Positions 38,937 to 52,753 of a stretch of 64,000 bases of DNA are shown piece after piece. The stretch is from Dendrobates tinctorius. Taxonomy: Eukaryota. Each line of letters opens with the position of its first letter. Position 1 is the first letter of the stretch. The notes beneath the pieces were generated by a model. It saw only the letters and a program-made list of their open reading frames with translations, had not been told where the DNA came from and searched no databases. Where the stretch lies: assembly GCF_039654945.1 (NCBI RefSeq), contig NW_027361788.1, forward strand, positions 5,208,001-5,272,000, written 5' to 3'. Both the position numbers and the translations under genes were made by a program.

Positions 38937-41107
38937 AAGAAAAAGAAAAAGCCAGCTCACCAGTAAACTCTTGCAGATTCACGGAGCTCCGTGCAGACCA
39001 ACGTCAGGAAATGGAAAAGAAGATTAGCTCCAGCTGCGTAAAAATTCTTCTTTATTATAAATCGTTAAAATGACATATGATGAAACTCTCCTTATAACCA
39101 ACCAGAGGAAGATGTAACAGAGGCTACGCGTTTCGACCTTCATGGTCTTTATCAAAGCCATACCCAGTCCCCAGCCTAGCTCGGCTATATATATGAGACT
39201 AACCAAGAGAAATCGGTATATACATCACATGATTCACAGGAAAGGTCCTGTGTATAAAAAACAAACATCACACACAATAATAACAATAATAGTAATAAAA
39301 CATTAATGGTAGTGTAACATTAAATCATGTCTCTTGTTTAAACCACTTGGAGGTCTTGTATTTAATTGATAAATCCAAAACGCCTCTCGAGTGAGAAGGC
39401 GCCGCCTGGTGTCTCACCCCCGAGTTAAAGGACTCACACGTTCAATTCCTTGTACTATGAAATGAGAGGTACTTCTGCCATGACATTCAATAAAATGTTT
39501 AGAAGCCGCTGATGTATTCCTTTCAAAATTATTAATATTCGTAATATCGTACAAATGCTCTCTGATTCATACCTTTAATTGCCTTGTAGTACATCAGTCA
39601 TAAGACAAATTGCAGGCGTCACAACTTATTTTATACACTATGTTTTTTGAGTTGCAATTGATATAATTATTAATTTTGAATCTTTGAGTGTTGTTATTAT
39701 TATTAAATTCCTTTGATATCAGTACATGTTTATACATTTTGCAACACGTGGTGCCACATTTGTAAAAACCTCTATTGGTAAGCCAATTATCCCTAGGTTT
39801 TTTACCGGTAGATGAAAACATACTTGGTGATAACATATTACCCAGTGAAGGTGCCCTGCGGGATACTACATTTATGCCAGAAGTTAAAATTCTTGCTAAT
39901 TGGTCATCTTCATATAATATAGGTAAGTATTTGTTAAGAATATTTTTAATTCCCACAAATTGCGGACTATATTAAAAACAAATATATGGCTTCTTCTCTA
40001 TATCCTCATTTTTCCTCCGATCTATTGAGGAAAGCATGATTAATTCCTCCTGTTTTTTTGCCTCTCCTATATGTTGTGCTCTATTGAGTGTCCAATTGGG
40101 ATACCAACGATTCTTCAATTTATTAGTAACACATGCTAATTCATCCATCAAGGCATCATTTGAACTGCAGTTACGTTTAATTCGAGTTTATTCACCCACT
40201 GGAATTGATTTTATTGTTCGTTTATTTTGACTATTTGATGCATGTAAGATGGTGTTCCCACTACGTGGTTTATGATGCGTTTTTGTACAAATAAATTCAC
40301 CATCTATACCCCTTAAATCTAAATCCAAAAAAGAAATATTCTTGGGATCACTTTTATGTGTGAATTTAATATTATATTCATTGGAGTTCAAGTACTCCAC
40401 AAAATCTGGTAAGGCAGACATATCTCCACCCCAAATAATTAAGGTATCATCGATATATCTACCATACCAGATCAGGCTCTCGATATAAGGATTAGATGCA
40501 GAATATATACTCCAATTCCCAAAAGGACATAACGAGAAAGGTACGAATCAGAGAGCATTTGTACGATATTACGAATATTAAAAATTATTATTTTGAAAGG
40601 AATACGTCAGCGGTTTCTAAACATTTTATTGAATGTCATGACTGAAGTATCTCTTATTTCAGAGTACAAGGAATTTAATGTGTGAGTCCTTTAACTCGGG
40701 GGGTGAGACACCAGGCGGCGCCTTCTCACTCGAGAGGCGTTTTGGATTTATCAATTAAATACAAGACCTCCAAGTGGTTTAAACAAGAGACATGATTTAA
40801 TGTTACACTACCATTAATGTTTTTATTATTATTATTGTTATTATTGTGTATGATGTTTGTTTTTTATACACAGGACCTTTCCTGTGAATCATGTGATGTA
40901 TATACCGATTTCTAATGGTTAGTCTCATATATATAGCCGAGCTAGGCTGGGGACTGGGTATGGCTTTGATAAAGACCATGTAGGTCGAAACGCGTAGCCT
41001 CTGTTACATCTTCCTCTGGTTGGTTATAAGGAGAGTTTCATCATAAGTCATTTTAACGATTTATAATAAAGAAGAATTTTTACGCAGCTGGAGCTAATCT
41101 TCTTTTC
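38937..41107 (-). mobile_element. Penelope-like retroelement, 5'-truncated, with inverted terminal duplication
   Basis: Broken RT (RYIDD near 40450; ISFLD) and GIY-YIG (NCNSKNIVYKISC...REAFWIYQLNT..P.GLN) remnants; 39014-39576 inverted at 40537-41107; 14-bp TSD TATATTCTAGAATA (38923-38936, 41108-41121). Confidence 0.9.
40962..40999 (+). ncRNA. Atypical minimal hammerhead-like motif of the Penelope repeat (second copy 39122-39159, minus strand)
   Basis: ggc-t-TTGATAA-a-GACC-atgta-GGTC-GAAACGCGTA-gcc; U3/A8 variant of the CUGANGA core. Confidence 0.6.
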
Positions 41108-41320
41108 TATATTCTAGAATACCCGATGCGTTAGAATTGGGCCACCATCTAGTATAATATAATCTGCCCCATAGTCCTCCATATAGTATAATACACTCCT
41201 CAGTCCTCCATATAGTATAATACACTCCCCATAGTCCTCCACATAGCATAATACACTCCTCATAGCCCTCCATATATTAAAATACACTGCTCAGTCCTCC
41301 ATATAGTATAATGCACTGCC

Positions 41321-42635
41321 ATAATAATAATATAATAATAAATTTTATTTCTATAGCACTGATATATTCCGCAGCACTTTACATTTCAGAGGGGATTTGT
41401 ACAGACAATTGACTTTACAGCATAACAATAATCACATAGATTATAACAAATACCAAGAGGAATGAGGGCCCTGCTCGTAAGCTTACAGTCTATGAGGAAA
41501 GAGGTAGACACCAAAGGTGGGTGGTAACAATTGCCCTGATTGTTTGGACCAGCCATAATGTTAAGAGTGTAACAGTACAGACACAGAGGGCTAATGGATG
41601 CATAAAGCATGTGGGAACATGATGCGGGGAACCTGGTTATGGTAAAACTTTTGACTGTGCCACCCAGGGATAGATTAGGTTAATGTGTTGAGGTGGTAGG
41701 CCAGCCTGAATAAATGCGTTTTCAGGGCACGATTAAAATTGTGGGGATTGGGGACTAATCGTATTGACCTGGGAAATGCATTCCAAAGAATTGACGCAGC
41801 ACGTGTAAAGTCTTGGAGACGGGAGTGGGAGGTTCTGATTATTGAGGATGCTAACCTCAGGTCATCAGCAGAATGGAGGGTGCGGGTAGGGTGGTATACT
41901 GAAACAAGGGAGGAGATGTAGGGTGGTGCTGAGCCATGGGGGGCTTTGCCGGTGAGGGTAATAAGTTTATACTGAATTCTGGAGTTGATGGGTAGCCAGT
42001 GTAATGACTGGCACAAGGTAGAGGCATCGGTGTAACGATTGGTGAGGAATATGATCCTGGCTGCAGCATTCAAGACAGATTGGAGAGGGGAGAGTTTGGT
42101 AAGAGGGAGACTGATTAGAACAGAGTTACAATAGTTGAGACCAGAATGAATAAGAGAAACAGTAAGAGTTTTTGCGGAGTCAAAAGTAAGAAAAGGTCAA
42201 ATTCTAGAAATGTTTTTGAGGTGCAGATGACAAGAGCGAGCCAGTGATCGAATGTGGGGGGCAAAGGAAAGCTCGGAGTCAAGTATGACCCCAAGACAGT
42301 GGGCATGTTGCTGTGGAGTACTAGTGGAACCACACACGGAAATGGCAATGTCAGGTATAGGTACGTTAGTAGCGGGAGGAAGCACAAGGAGTTCAGTCTT
42401 TGACAGGTTCAGTTTCAGATATAGTGAGGACATGATGTTAGACACAGCGTTTAGGCAATCGCCGGTGTTTTGTAGAAAGGCTGGCGTGATGTCAGGAGAA
42501 GAAGCATATAATTGGGTGTCTTCAGCATAGAGATGGTACTGGAAACCAAATCTACTGATTGTTTGACCAATAGGGGCAGTGTACAAAGAGAAGAGGAGGG
42601 GGCCTAGGACTGATCCTTGAGGAACCCCAACAGTA
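41321..42635 (-). mobile_element. L2 (CR1-group) LINE, 5'-truncated, frameshifted RT C-terminus
   Basis: [45 protein letters not shown]; 3' tail in (AAT)n. Confidence 0.92.
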
Positions 42636-42787
42636 AGTAGTCATCCATGTAGTACAATTCACTTCCCATAGTATAATGCACCCCATAGTTCTTCATATAA
42701 TGTATTCCCCATAGTTCTCGATACAGTATAATGTAGCCCACATATAGTATAATGCAGCCACCCCACTCCACAGAATATAATGTAACC

Positions 42788-45700
42788 TGTTATGATTGGG
42801 TCACCGAGGAGGAGAGCAAGACCAAGCTAAGCCACAGAAATCCAGAGAGGTTGGTAACTAAGCGGATTGCAGACCCCTGATCCTCTTCTCACAACTAGCA
42901 GTAGCGGTGGAGTGTACCTAAGATGATCCTAGATGCCTCGACTTAGCCGGAGAGCTAAATAAGCCTAAAGCAAGAAAGGGGAAATCTAAACTGCACCGGA
43001 GCAGACCCAAAATGAATAGATAGCCCCCAAACATATATTGTGAGTAAGACAAGATGAAAACACAAGCACAGGTAGGAAAATAGACTGAACAAACGATGGG
43101 ACCCACACTAACTAGACAGGACAGGAAAGGAAAGACATTGTCTGCAATCACGCAAAAAACCCTGCAAAAATGTCTAACACGTCTGATAGAAAAATACTGA
43201 AGTCTCACGACTTTGCCAACTATATCAGCACTCTGGTATATTCTGAAAGCAGAGCAAAAAGAGGCCAATCTGATAAGGGACAAAAACAAACTGGCACATG
43301 CAGTAACATATGGATGGAGATTCAGCACAGCCCCAGCCGAAGCTGACTGACTACACAAAACTGAAATAGACAAAACCAGATCAAATGAGAACAATTGCAA
43401 AAGAACACTAAGCTGAGCATGCAGGGACTGAGCTGGAAACTAAGACCTCAGGAGGCAGGAAAAAATCACCAGCAGGGATAGAAGGAGTCGGCTGTCTTAA
43501 ATCCAGTCAGAAACTCCAGATCTCCAATAGTCCTCCTCATTATCTGGTGGAAAGCCTCTGTTAATCAGATCAGCTCCATTACCTCCAATAACCACCAGAG
43601 GGGGCCCAGAAAGAGAACTCGCGACCCCTCTGTCAATATAACCAGCTCCACTACCTTGACTAGTAACAAGAGGTAGGCCAGAAAGCGAATTCACAACAGT
43701 ACTCCCCCCTTGAGGAGTGGTCACAGAACCCTCTTCCACGCCACCAGGCCTAACAGGATGGGCCCGGTGAAAAGCACAAACCAATCTATCGGCATGAATG
43801 TCTGAAGCAGAGACCCAAGAATTATCCTCCTGGCCATAACCCTTCCATTTGACCAAATACTGGAGTCTCCGTCTAGGCAAACGAGAATCCGATATTTTCT
43901 CTACCTCATATTCCACATTGCCTTTAACCAATACAGGGTCAGGAGGCGCCGCCATAGGAACTACTGGCTCCACAAACCTCTTCAATAGAGATTTATGAAA
44001 CACATTATGGATCTTAAACGTAACTGGAAGAGCCAATCGAAAAGAAACAGGATTAAGAATCTCCAAAATCTTATAAAGTCCAATGAATCTTGGCTTGAAC
44101 TTTGGAGACGCAACCTTCATAGGAATATTCTTTGACGACAACCAAACCATATCATCCACTTTAAACCGGGACCAATGGTCCTATGCCGGTTGGAAAACCG
44201 TTGGGCTTTTTCCTGAGAGAGAGACAACTTATCCACCACTTGGTCCCAAATCTGCTGCATTCTCTCTACCACAGTGTCCACACTTGGGCAGGTCGAAGAT
44301 TCCACCTGCCCTGAAGAAAATCGAGGATGAAACCCAAAGTTACAGAAAAAGGGTAACATCAAAGTGGCAGAACTAGCTCTATTGTTTAGCGTGAATTCGG
44401 CCAAGGGCAAAAATGACACCCAGTCATCCTGATCAACAGATATAAAACATCTCAAATAAGACTCCAAGGTCTGGTTTGTTCTCTCAGTCTGCCCATTGGT
44501 CTGAGGATGAAATGCAGAGGAGAAAGATAACTGAATTCTCAGTTTGGAACAAAAAGCTCTCCAAAATCTGGAAACAAACTGGACTCCTCTGTCTGACACA
44601 ATGTTCTCAGGAATCCCATGCAACCGAACCACCTGTTGTAAAAACAAGGGCACCAAATCTGAAGAAGATGGCAACTTTGGGAGTGGTACAAGATGGATCA
44701 TCTTAGCAAATCTATCACAAATCACCTAGATAACAGTCATTCTCCTAGAGACAGGAAGATCGGAAATAAAATCCATTGAGATATGGGTCCATGGCCTCTT
44801 GGGCACCGGCAGGGGCATCAACAACCCACTAGAACGAGAACAGGGTTTGGACCGAGAACAAGTCCCATAGGACTGCAGAAAATTCCTGACATCACGAGAT
44901 AAGGCAGGCCACCAAAAAGACCAACTCACCAAATCTCTGGTACCAAAAATACCTGGATGACCAGCCAACGCGGAGCAATGAATTTCAGACATTACTCTCT
45001 TCCTCCACTGGTCAGGGACATACAACTTTCCCATATTGCAAAGTTCAGGTTTGTCATCCTGAAATTCTTCCAGGGCACGTCTCAAATCGGGTGAGATGGT
45101 GGAAAGAGCTACCCCCTCATTAAGAATGGTAGTAGGCTCGGTCACAATAAGAGAATCCGTAAAGCAACTCCTAGAAAGGGCGTCCGCCTTAACATTCTTA
45201 GTGCCCGGAAGAAAAGAGACCACAAAATTAAAACACGTGAAAAACAAGGCCCACCTAGCCTGTCTGGGATTCAAGCGTTTGGCAGATTCAAGATAAATCA
45301 AATTCTTGTGGTCGGTGAGGACCACAACTTGATGTCTAGCTCCCTCCAACCAATGTCTCCACACTTCAAATGCCCATTTCATGGCCAACAATTCCCGATT
45401 CCCCACGTCATAGTTACGTTCAGATGGGGAGAATTTTCGAGAAAAGAAGGCACAGGGATTCATTTTAGAAGTCACTGGATCTTTTTGGGACAAAACAGCT
45501 CCTGCACCAATCTCAGAAGCATCTACCTCCACCTGAAATGGGAGTGAGACATCAGGTTGCCATAGAACCGGAGCAGAAGTGAATCTCCGCTTAAGGTCCT
45601 GAAATGCCGAGACTGCCTCTGGAGACCAATTCACCACATCAGCGCCCTTTTTGGTCAGATCAGTCAGTGGTTAGACAATACCAGAAAAATTACTTATAAA

Positions 45701-48341
45701 TTTACGATAGAAATTAGGAAAACCCAAAAAATTCTGGAGAGCCTTCAAAGAAGTGGGCTGAACACAATCATAAATGGCCTGTACCTTGGCCGGGTCCATT
45801 TCAATAGCCGACGGGGACAAAATGAATTCCAAAAATGAAATCCTCTGTACACCAAAGAGGCACTTCGATCACTTAACATACAGGGAATTTTCCCTCAGAA
45901 TCCGGAACACAGTCCGGACATGTTCCACATGAGAATCCCAATCCCTGGAAAAGATCAAAATATTATCCAGAAAAATGATCAAAAACTTATCCACAAAGTC
46001 CCGGAAAATATCATTCATAAAAGATTGGAAGACGGAAGCGGCATTAGTGAGTCCAAAAGGCATCACCAGGTAGTCAAAATGTCCCTCTGGAGTATTAAAC
46101 GCCGTCTTCCATTCATCCCCATGCTTGATGCGAATAAGATTATACGCCCCCCTGAGGTCAAGCTTGGTAAACCAGCAGGCACTTTTAACTCTGGAATATA
46201 AATCAGAAATCAGGGGTAACGGGTACTGATATTTAACAGTGATTTTGTTAAGGGAACGATAGTCAATACAATGCCTTAATGAACCATCTTGGCCACAAAA
46301 AAAAACCCAGCACCTAAAGGTGAAGAGGATGGTCTAATATGACCCTTCTCCAATGACTCCTTGATATAAGATCGCATAGCATCATGTTCGGGTACCGATA
46401 AGTTGAAAAGCTGACCCTTGGGAAATTTACACCCGGGCATTAACTCAATTGCACAGTCATAACTCCTATGAGGAGGCAAAGATGCAGACTTACTCTCGCT
46501 AAATACATCAGAAAAATCAGCCAAATAATCAGCAATATCATGTGACTGGGGAGAGTTGGAGAAAACAGGAGTGTCACTAAGAACACACTGACAACCCCAA
46601 CTCACCACAGACACAGATTTCCAATCCAAAACAGGATTATGAGTCTGCAACCAGGGAAAACCCAGAACAATAGTATCAGGCAAATTGTGCAACACCACAA
46701 ATTTACAATTTTCTTGGTGGTCCGGGGCGACCCGCATTATCACCTGGGTCCAAAACTGGGGTTTATTCTCCGCCAAAGGAGTAGCATCAATACCCCTCAA
46801 AGGGATAGGAGTCCGCAGGGGTATCATGGGAAAACCACAACGTTTAGCAAAGTCTAAATCCATCAAATTCAAAGCTGCTTCTGAATCTACAAAAGCCTTA
46901 GCGGAAAATGTAGACAAGGAGCAGATCAGGGTAATTGCCAAAAGGAACTTAGTCTGTACACTGCCCACGGCAAATGTGTGCACAAAACATTTTTCTCATT
47001 TAGGGCAGACAGAAATAGTATGAGAGGCGTCTCCACAGAAAAAACACAGCTTATTATGCCTTCTAAACTCCTGACGTTGCGCCCTAGACAAAACCCTATC
47101 ACATTGCATGGGTTCAGACGTTCGTTCAAAAGGCGGCAATGCCTCTCGTGTAGTTTTACGCTCACGTAAACGCCGATCAACTTGAATGCCTAATGACATA
47201 GAATCGTCAAGACCAGAGGGAACAGGAAATCCGACCATAACATCTTTTACGATTTCTGCCAAACCCTTCCGAAAGAGAGCTGCTAGAGCATCGTCACTCC
47301 ATTTAGTAAGGACTGCCCACTTTCGGAATTTTTGACAGTATAACTGCAGAATCCTGACCCTGGTCCAATGCCAATAAGGTTTTCTCAGCTTGATCAATAG
47401 CATTAGGTTCATCATACAACAACCCCAAGGCTTGAAAAAATGTGTCCACATTAGTCAGAATAGAATCTACTGGTGTCAGAGAAAAAGTCCAATCCTGGGG
47501 ATTTCCGCACAGCAAGGAAATGACAATCTTAACCTGCTGCACAGAGCTCCCCGATGAGTTAGGCTTCAAGGCAAGAAATAGTTTACAATTATTCTTAAAA
47601 TTCAAAAATTTAGACCCATCCCCAGAAAACACATCAGGAGTAGGGATTTTTGGTTCAACAGCATATGATTGAGCGAGATAGGTGGAAATTCCCCGCATTT
47701 CAGCAGCGAGCTGTTCAACACGATCATACAATTGCTTAATCTCCATTAAAGAAAAAAAATCCTCCTACGGCCCCAGAGAAAAAGAGGAAAAAATATATAA
47801 AAACATTCTGACACTTTTTTTTTTTTTACAATTCTTTCCTGCCTTTGAGTACCCTAGAATCTACGGTTTAGGCTGGTGATTCTGTTATGATTGGGTCACC
47901 GAGGAGGAGAGCAAGACCAAGCTAAGCCACAGAAAACCAGAGAGGTTGGTAGCTAAGCGGATTGCAGACCCCTGATCCTGTCCACACAACTAGCAGTAGC
48001 CATGGAGCGTACCTACAATGATCCAAGATGCCTCGACACAGCCAGAGAGCTAAATAAGCCTAAAGCAAGAAAGGGGAAATCTAAAGTGCCCCGGAGCAGA
48101 CCCCAAAGGAATAGATAGCCCCCAAACATATATTGTCGGTGAGACAAGATGAAAACACAAACGCAGGTAGGAAAATAGACTGAGCAAACGATGGGGCCCA
48201 CACTAGCTAGACAGGACAGGAAAGGAAAGACACTGTCTGCAATCACGCAAAAAACCCTGCAAAAAATGTCCAACACGTCTAATAGAAAAATACTGAAGTC
48301 ACACGACTTCGCCCACTATATCAGCACTCTGGTATATTCTG
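42788..48341 (-). mobile_element. Ty3/Gypsy chromovirus, second subfamily, decayed; 5' LTR truncated
   Basis: 3' LTR 42788-43698 (911 bp); partial 5' LTR 47883-48341; polypurine tract next to 43698. Confidence 0.93.
43497..47746 (-). pseudogene. gag-pol pseudogene (Gag CCHC, protease, RT, RNase H, integrase, chromodomain)
   Basis: Fragmented ORFs collinear with 25455-29640; several frameshifts and stops; altered motifs (DSEA, FLDN). Confidence 0.93.
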
Positions 48342-48344
48342 ATA

Positions 48345-49660
48345 TATCCATAGAATATATGGCAACCCCCTCATGGGATATAATGCAGCCCCTTATATAG
48401 TATAATGTAGCCCCTCCATAGAATACAATGTAACCCTCTCATATAGTATAATGCAGCCCCCATAGAATATAATGTAGCCCCCTCATAGTATAATAAATCC
48501 CCCATACAATATAATCTAGCCCCCATAGAATATAATGCAGCCCCCCATAGAATGTAGCCTCCTCACATAGTGTAATGAAGCCCCCTCATAAAGTATGATG
48601 CAATCACCCCCCATAGAATATAATAAATATAATATAGCCCACCATAGAATATAATGTAGCCCCAAGTAGAATATAATACAGCCCACCTCCCCATAGTATA
48701 TAATGTAGCCCCCATATTATATAACACAGCCTCCCCCATAGAATATAATGTAAAATGTACCCCCATGGTATATAACACAGCTGCATAGTATATAGCCCAG
48801 CACCACATGATATATAGCCCAGCACCACATGGTATATAGCACAGCCGGACATGGTATACAGCACAACCCCACATGGTAAAAAGCACAGCCCCACCATGGT
48901 ATAGCACAGCCCACCATGGTATCTAGCACAGTACCACACATTATCTAGCACAGTACCACATGTTATCTATTACAGCACCACACATTATCTAGCACAGCAC
49001 CACACGTTATCTAGCACAGCCCACCATGGTATATAGCACAGCACCACATGGTATATAGCACAGCACCACATGATATATAGCACAGCACCACATGGTATAT
49101 AGCCCAGCATGGTATATAGCCCAGCACCACATGGTATATTACCCAGCACCACATGGTATATAGCTCAGCCCACCATGGTATATAGCACAGCCCCACATGG
49201 TATATAGCACAGCCCAGCATGGTATACAGACCAGCATGGTATACAGCCCACCATGGTAAACAGCTCTGCATGGTATACAGTCCACCACGGTATACAGTCC
49301 AGCATGGTATACAGTCCAGCACAGCATACAGGCCACCATGGTATACAGCCCAGCATGGTATACAGCCCACCATGGTATACAGCCCAGCATGGTATATAGT
49401 CCACCATGGTATACAGCCCAGCAGGGTATACAGCCCAGCAGGGTATACAGTCCAGCATGGTATACAGACCACCATGGTATAGAGCCCAGCATGGTATACA
49501 GCCCAGCAAGATATACAGACCACCATGGTATACAGCCCAGTAGGGTATATAGCCCAGCATGGTATACAGCCCAGCATGGTATACAGACCACCATGGTATA
49601 GAGCCTAGCATGGTATACAGCCCAGCATGGTATACCGACCACCATAGTATACAGCCCCCC
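48345..49660. repeat. Graded minisatellite (ccccatagaatataatgtagc to atggtatacagcccagc, ~17-22 bp units)
   Basis: Continues the hAT-internal repeat also seen at about 41155-41320 and 42660-42787. Confidence 0.9.
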
Positions 49661-50176
49661 CAGAATGGCCCCACAATCCAGTACTCACACTGATTAAAAA
49701 AAAAAAACACTCCTCCCCGTCTCCTCGTGCCTGCGCTGCTCCTGCCTCCTGTCTCCTGCACTGCCTGGCACACAGTGAGTGTGCGATGACGTCATCGCGC
49801 ACCCACTGTGTCAGAGGCAGAGCGGGGAATGATGGGAGAGGGAGCATCAGCTGACGCTCTCCTCCATCATTGCCTCCTTCAATGCGGCAGCGGGGGGAGT
49901 CGGCGCTGGGGGGCAGGTGGGCCCCCCTACCTCACAGGGGCCCCATAGTGGCTGCGTGATGTGCCGCTAGCTGGGGACCACTGGGGGAGCGGGGGCCCTA
50001 GGCAGCTGCCTGGTCTGACTGCCCCTAACGCCGGCCCTGCCCCTGTGATTTTGCTGAACTGTACATTCACTCTAAGGGCAAAAGTATTGGGACACCACAC
50101 CTCCAACTGAGTTAGTGTTTTTACATTTTTCCTGAAAAAAACGGCCCTCTCCATACCATCTGACCTTATTAACATA

Positions 50177-50551
50177 CTAGATGTTGGCCCGATTCTAACG
50201 CATCAGGTATTCTAAAATATGTATGTAGTTTATTTATGAAGATTTAAGAATAATGCAATGAATACACAGGATTTTCCAGGTAAAATATATACATTATCAT
50301 TAAATGTTATTGCTCATAGAACTTAGTTCAACTGAACGAAATTACTAAACAGATTATTAAAATATATAAACCATTACATGAATATCTGAGGGTTAAATTC
50401 CACGCCAATATCACTGATTGGTCACCAGGCGCGATCAATCAGAAAAGCGTGGTTAAAATCCCGCTGCAATTCGCGGGCAGATTGCGACCAATCAGCGACG
50501 CGGGATTTCCGTTACAAACAGACAGACAGAATTAGACGATTATATAGTAGA
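50177..50551 (-). mobile_element. Short Helitron, related to 36987-41152
   Basis: Minus strand A|TCTACTATATAA...gatgcgttagaatcgggccaacatCTAG|T. Confidence 0.85.
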
Positions 50552-51869
50552 TGAGAGAATAGCTGGTGGTAAAGAACTCACTGATACCAGTTTAATGAAG
50601 TGGAGGTGCTGCCCACACCCACCTTGATGATATGTGTTGCTATATAATGCATTGCAATGTTTTAAAAATGATTTTATCTGTTTAGTAGTTTGCATGCACT
50701 TAGTTGTGTACAGATAATAGTTGGGACTAGCCCAGATTGGGACGGGATATGTAGGAGGCCATCCTGATAGTGAGTTAGTTAGACCTTAGTATTCAGTAGA
50801 GAAAGGCCTAAGGTCTGACAGCACAGCCATCACAGGGGAGGATGGAGCCTCCCATAATAATTTGTTGATTTTCATGAGATGCAAGAGTGTGACGTTCAAG
50901 AGAGACAAAGTGCTATGAAATGTTACCTAGAAGTGCCCATGTCTGCTTAGTCCAAGAGAAACCTGGGTGAAGAAATGTCCCCATTATCTGATGTACATCG
51001 TTCTTATCAAGTTCATATTCAGTAAAGAGTTTATTTTTGAACTTTGGTCTCCCTCAATTTGTTCGCTAACATCTGGTCCTGGGCAGCCCGATATAGCAGC
51101 ACCATGCAGTCTACAGGTAATGGGGCACACACACAGCCAAGCCCCCATTGTAATGTAGTGTGCTGGGCATGGAAGGCTTGTACCTCCCCCTACAACTACC
51201 GCCCTGTGCCACTTACACCAAGGCGGTGCTATAATAGGAGCCACCTGTGTAACCAGTTCACTCATGACATTTCTTCTTCCTAAACCTTCCCCCATAACCT
51301 GTCAGTGATATTACTGAAAATGAGAAGAAACCGCAGCAACTCAGCCACGAAGTGGAGACCATGTAACATTACAGAGCTGGGGGAGCGAGTGGTAAGGAGC
51401 AGAGGACAGAAAAGTCACCATTGCTCTGCTGAATCCATAACTGCAGAGTCTAGATCTCCTCTGGTATTACCAACAATGCAAAAATGGTGACCCGCCAGGA
51501 ACTTCATGACACGAGTTTTCATGGCCGAGAAGCAGCATGCAAGCTAAATATATGGTACGGTGGTCGCATGCAGCGTCATGCACTCAGAGGAGGAGCTGAT
51601 GGGAGGGGGCGTGGCAGGGGGCGGAGCTTAGCGGCAGCCCTGCGCTGCGCTTGGTAACGCTAGTGAAACTAGCCTAATGCAGAAAGAACATGGATTTTGT
51701 GGATTCTCCTCATTGATATCATTAAGGAGGTAAAAATATACAATCAAATCCTAGGCTTGCAAATTACCTCTGGAGTCACAGAAAAATGCACAAGTGTGGA
51801 AAACTGTCTACGAGAAGAAACCATAGACTCACTCTACAAATGTTCTGCTCCCTCCTTGATAATGTTTCC

Positions 51870-52753
51870 TGTTGTGAATTCGCTTTCTGGCCTCCCTCTG
51901 GTTATTAGTGAAGGTAGTGGAACTGGTCAAATCAATAGAGGTGTTGCGAGTTCTCTTTCTGGGCTCCCTCTGGTGGTTACTGGAGGTAATGGAGCATATC
52001 TGATTGACAGAGGCTTGCCACCTGATAATGATGATGCCGATTGGAGATCTGGGACTTCAGATTTGGATTTAAGACAGCCGACTCCCTCTATCCCTGCTGG
52101 TGATTTGCTTCCTGTTCCTCCTGAGGTCTGATTTCTCCAGCTCTGTCCCTGCATGTTCAGCTAAGTGGTTTATTTGCTATTCTGTTTGCATTTGATCTGG
52201 TTTTGTCTATCTCTTCTTGGTGCGGGTCAGCTAGCTCCGGCTGGGGCTGTGCTGAATCACCGCCCATATGTTACTGCTTGTGCCAGTTTGTTTTATCCCC
52301 TGTTAGATTGGTCTCTTTTTGCTCTGCTTTCAGAATATACCAGAGTGCTGATATAGTGGGGGGTGAAGTCGTTTGACTTCAGTGTTTTTTTGCATCAGAC
52401 GTGTTGGACTTTTTGCAGGGTTTTTTGTGTGATTGCAGACAGTGTCTTTCCTTTCCAGTCCTGTCTAGTCAGTGTGGGCCCCATCATTTGCTCAGTCTAT
52501 TTTCCTGCCTGTGTTTATGTTTTCATTTTGTCTCACCGACTCTGGGGCAGTTTAGATTTCCCCTTTCTTGCTCTAGGCTTAGTTAGCTCTCCGGCTGTGC
52601 CGAGGCGTCTAGGATCATCGTAGGTACGCTCCCAGCTACTGCTAGTTGTGTGGATAGGATCAGGGGTCTGCAATCCGTTTAGGTACCAACCTCTCTAGTT
52701 TTCTGTGGCTTAGCCTGGACCTGCTCTCTTCCTCGGTGACCCAGTTCATAACA
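51870..52753 (+). mobile_element. Solo LTR of the Gypsy subfamily at 42788
   Basis: Diverged reverse complement of 42788-43698; TG...CA; 6-bp TSD GTTTCC (51864-51869, 52754-52759). Confidence 0.93.

Larger units (their letters stand above)
36987..41152 (+). mobile_element. Non-autonomous Helitron
   Basis: 5' TC, 3' hairpin (cccgat...attggg, 41122-41141) then CTAG; inserted between A and T with no TSD, splitting a host minisatellite unit (gtcctcca|tataat). Confidence 0.85.
36688..50039. mobile_element. Non-autonomous hAT element expanded to 13.35 kb by nested insertions
   Basis: TIRs CAGTGCCGG / CCGGCCCTG with subterminal ggggccc motifs; perfect 8-bp TSD CCCCTGTG (36680-36687, 50040-50047). 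Confidence 0.9.

Noticed and set aside
48563-49773. Repetitive ORFs and a CRISPR-like appearance (also 960-1880 and 62060-63520)
   Set aside because: Tandem minisatellites with no unique spacers, no cas genes and a eukaryotic context.
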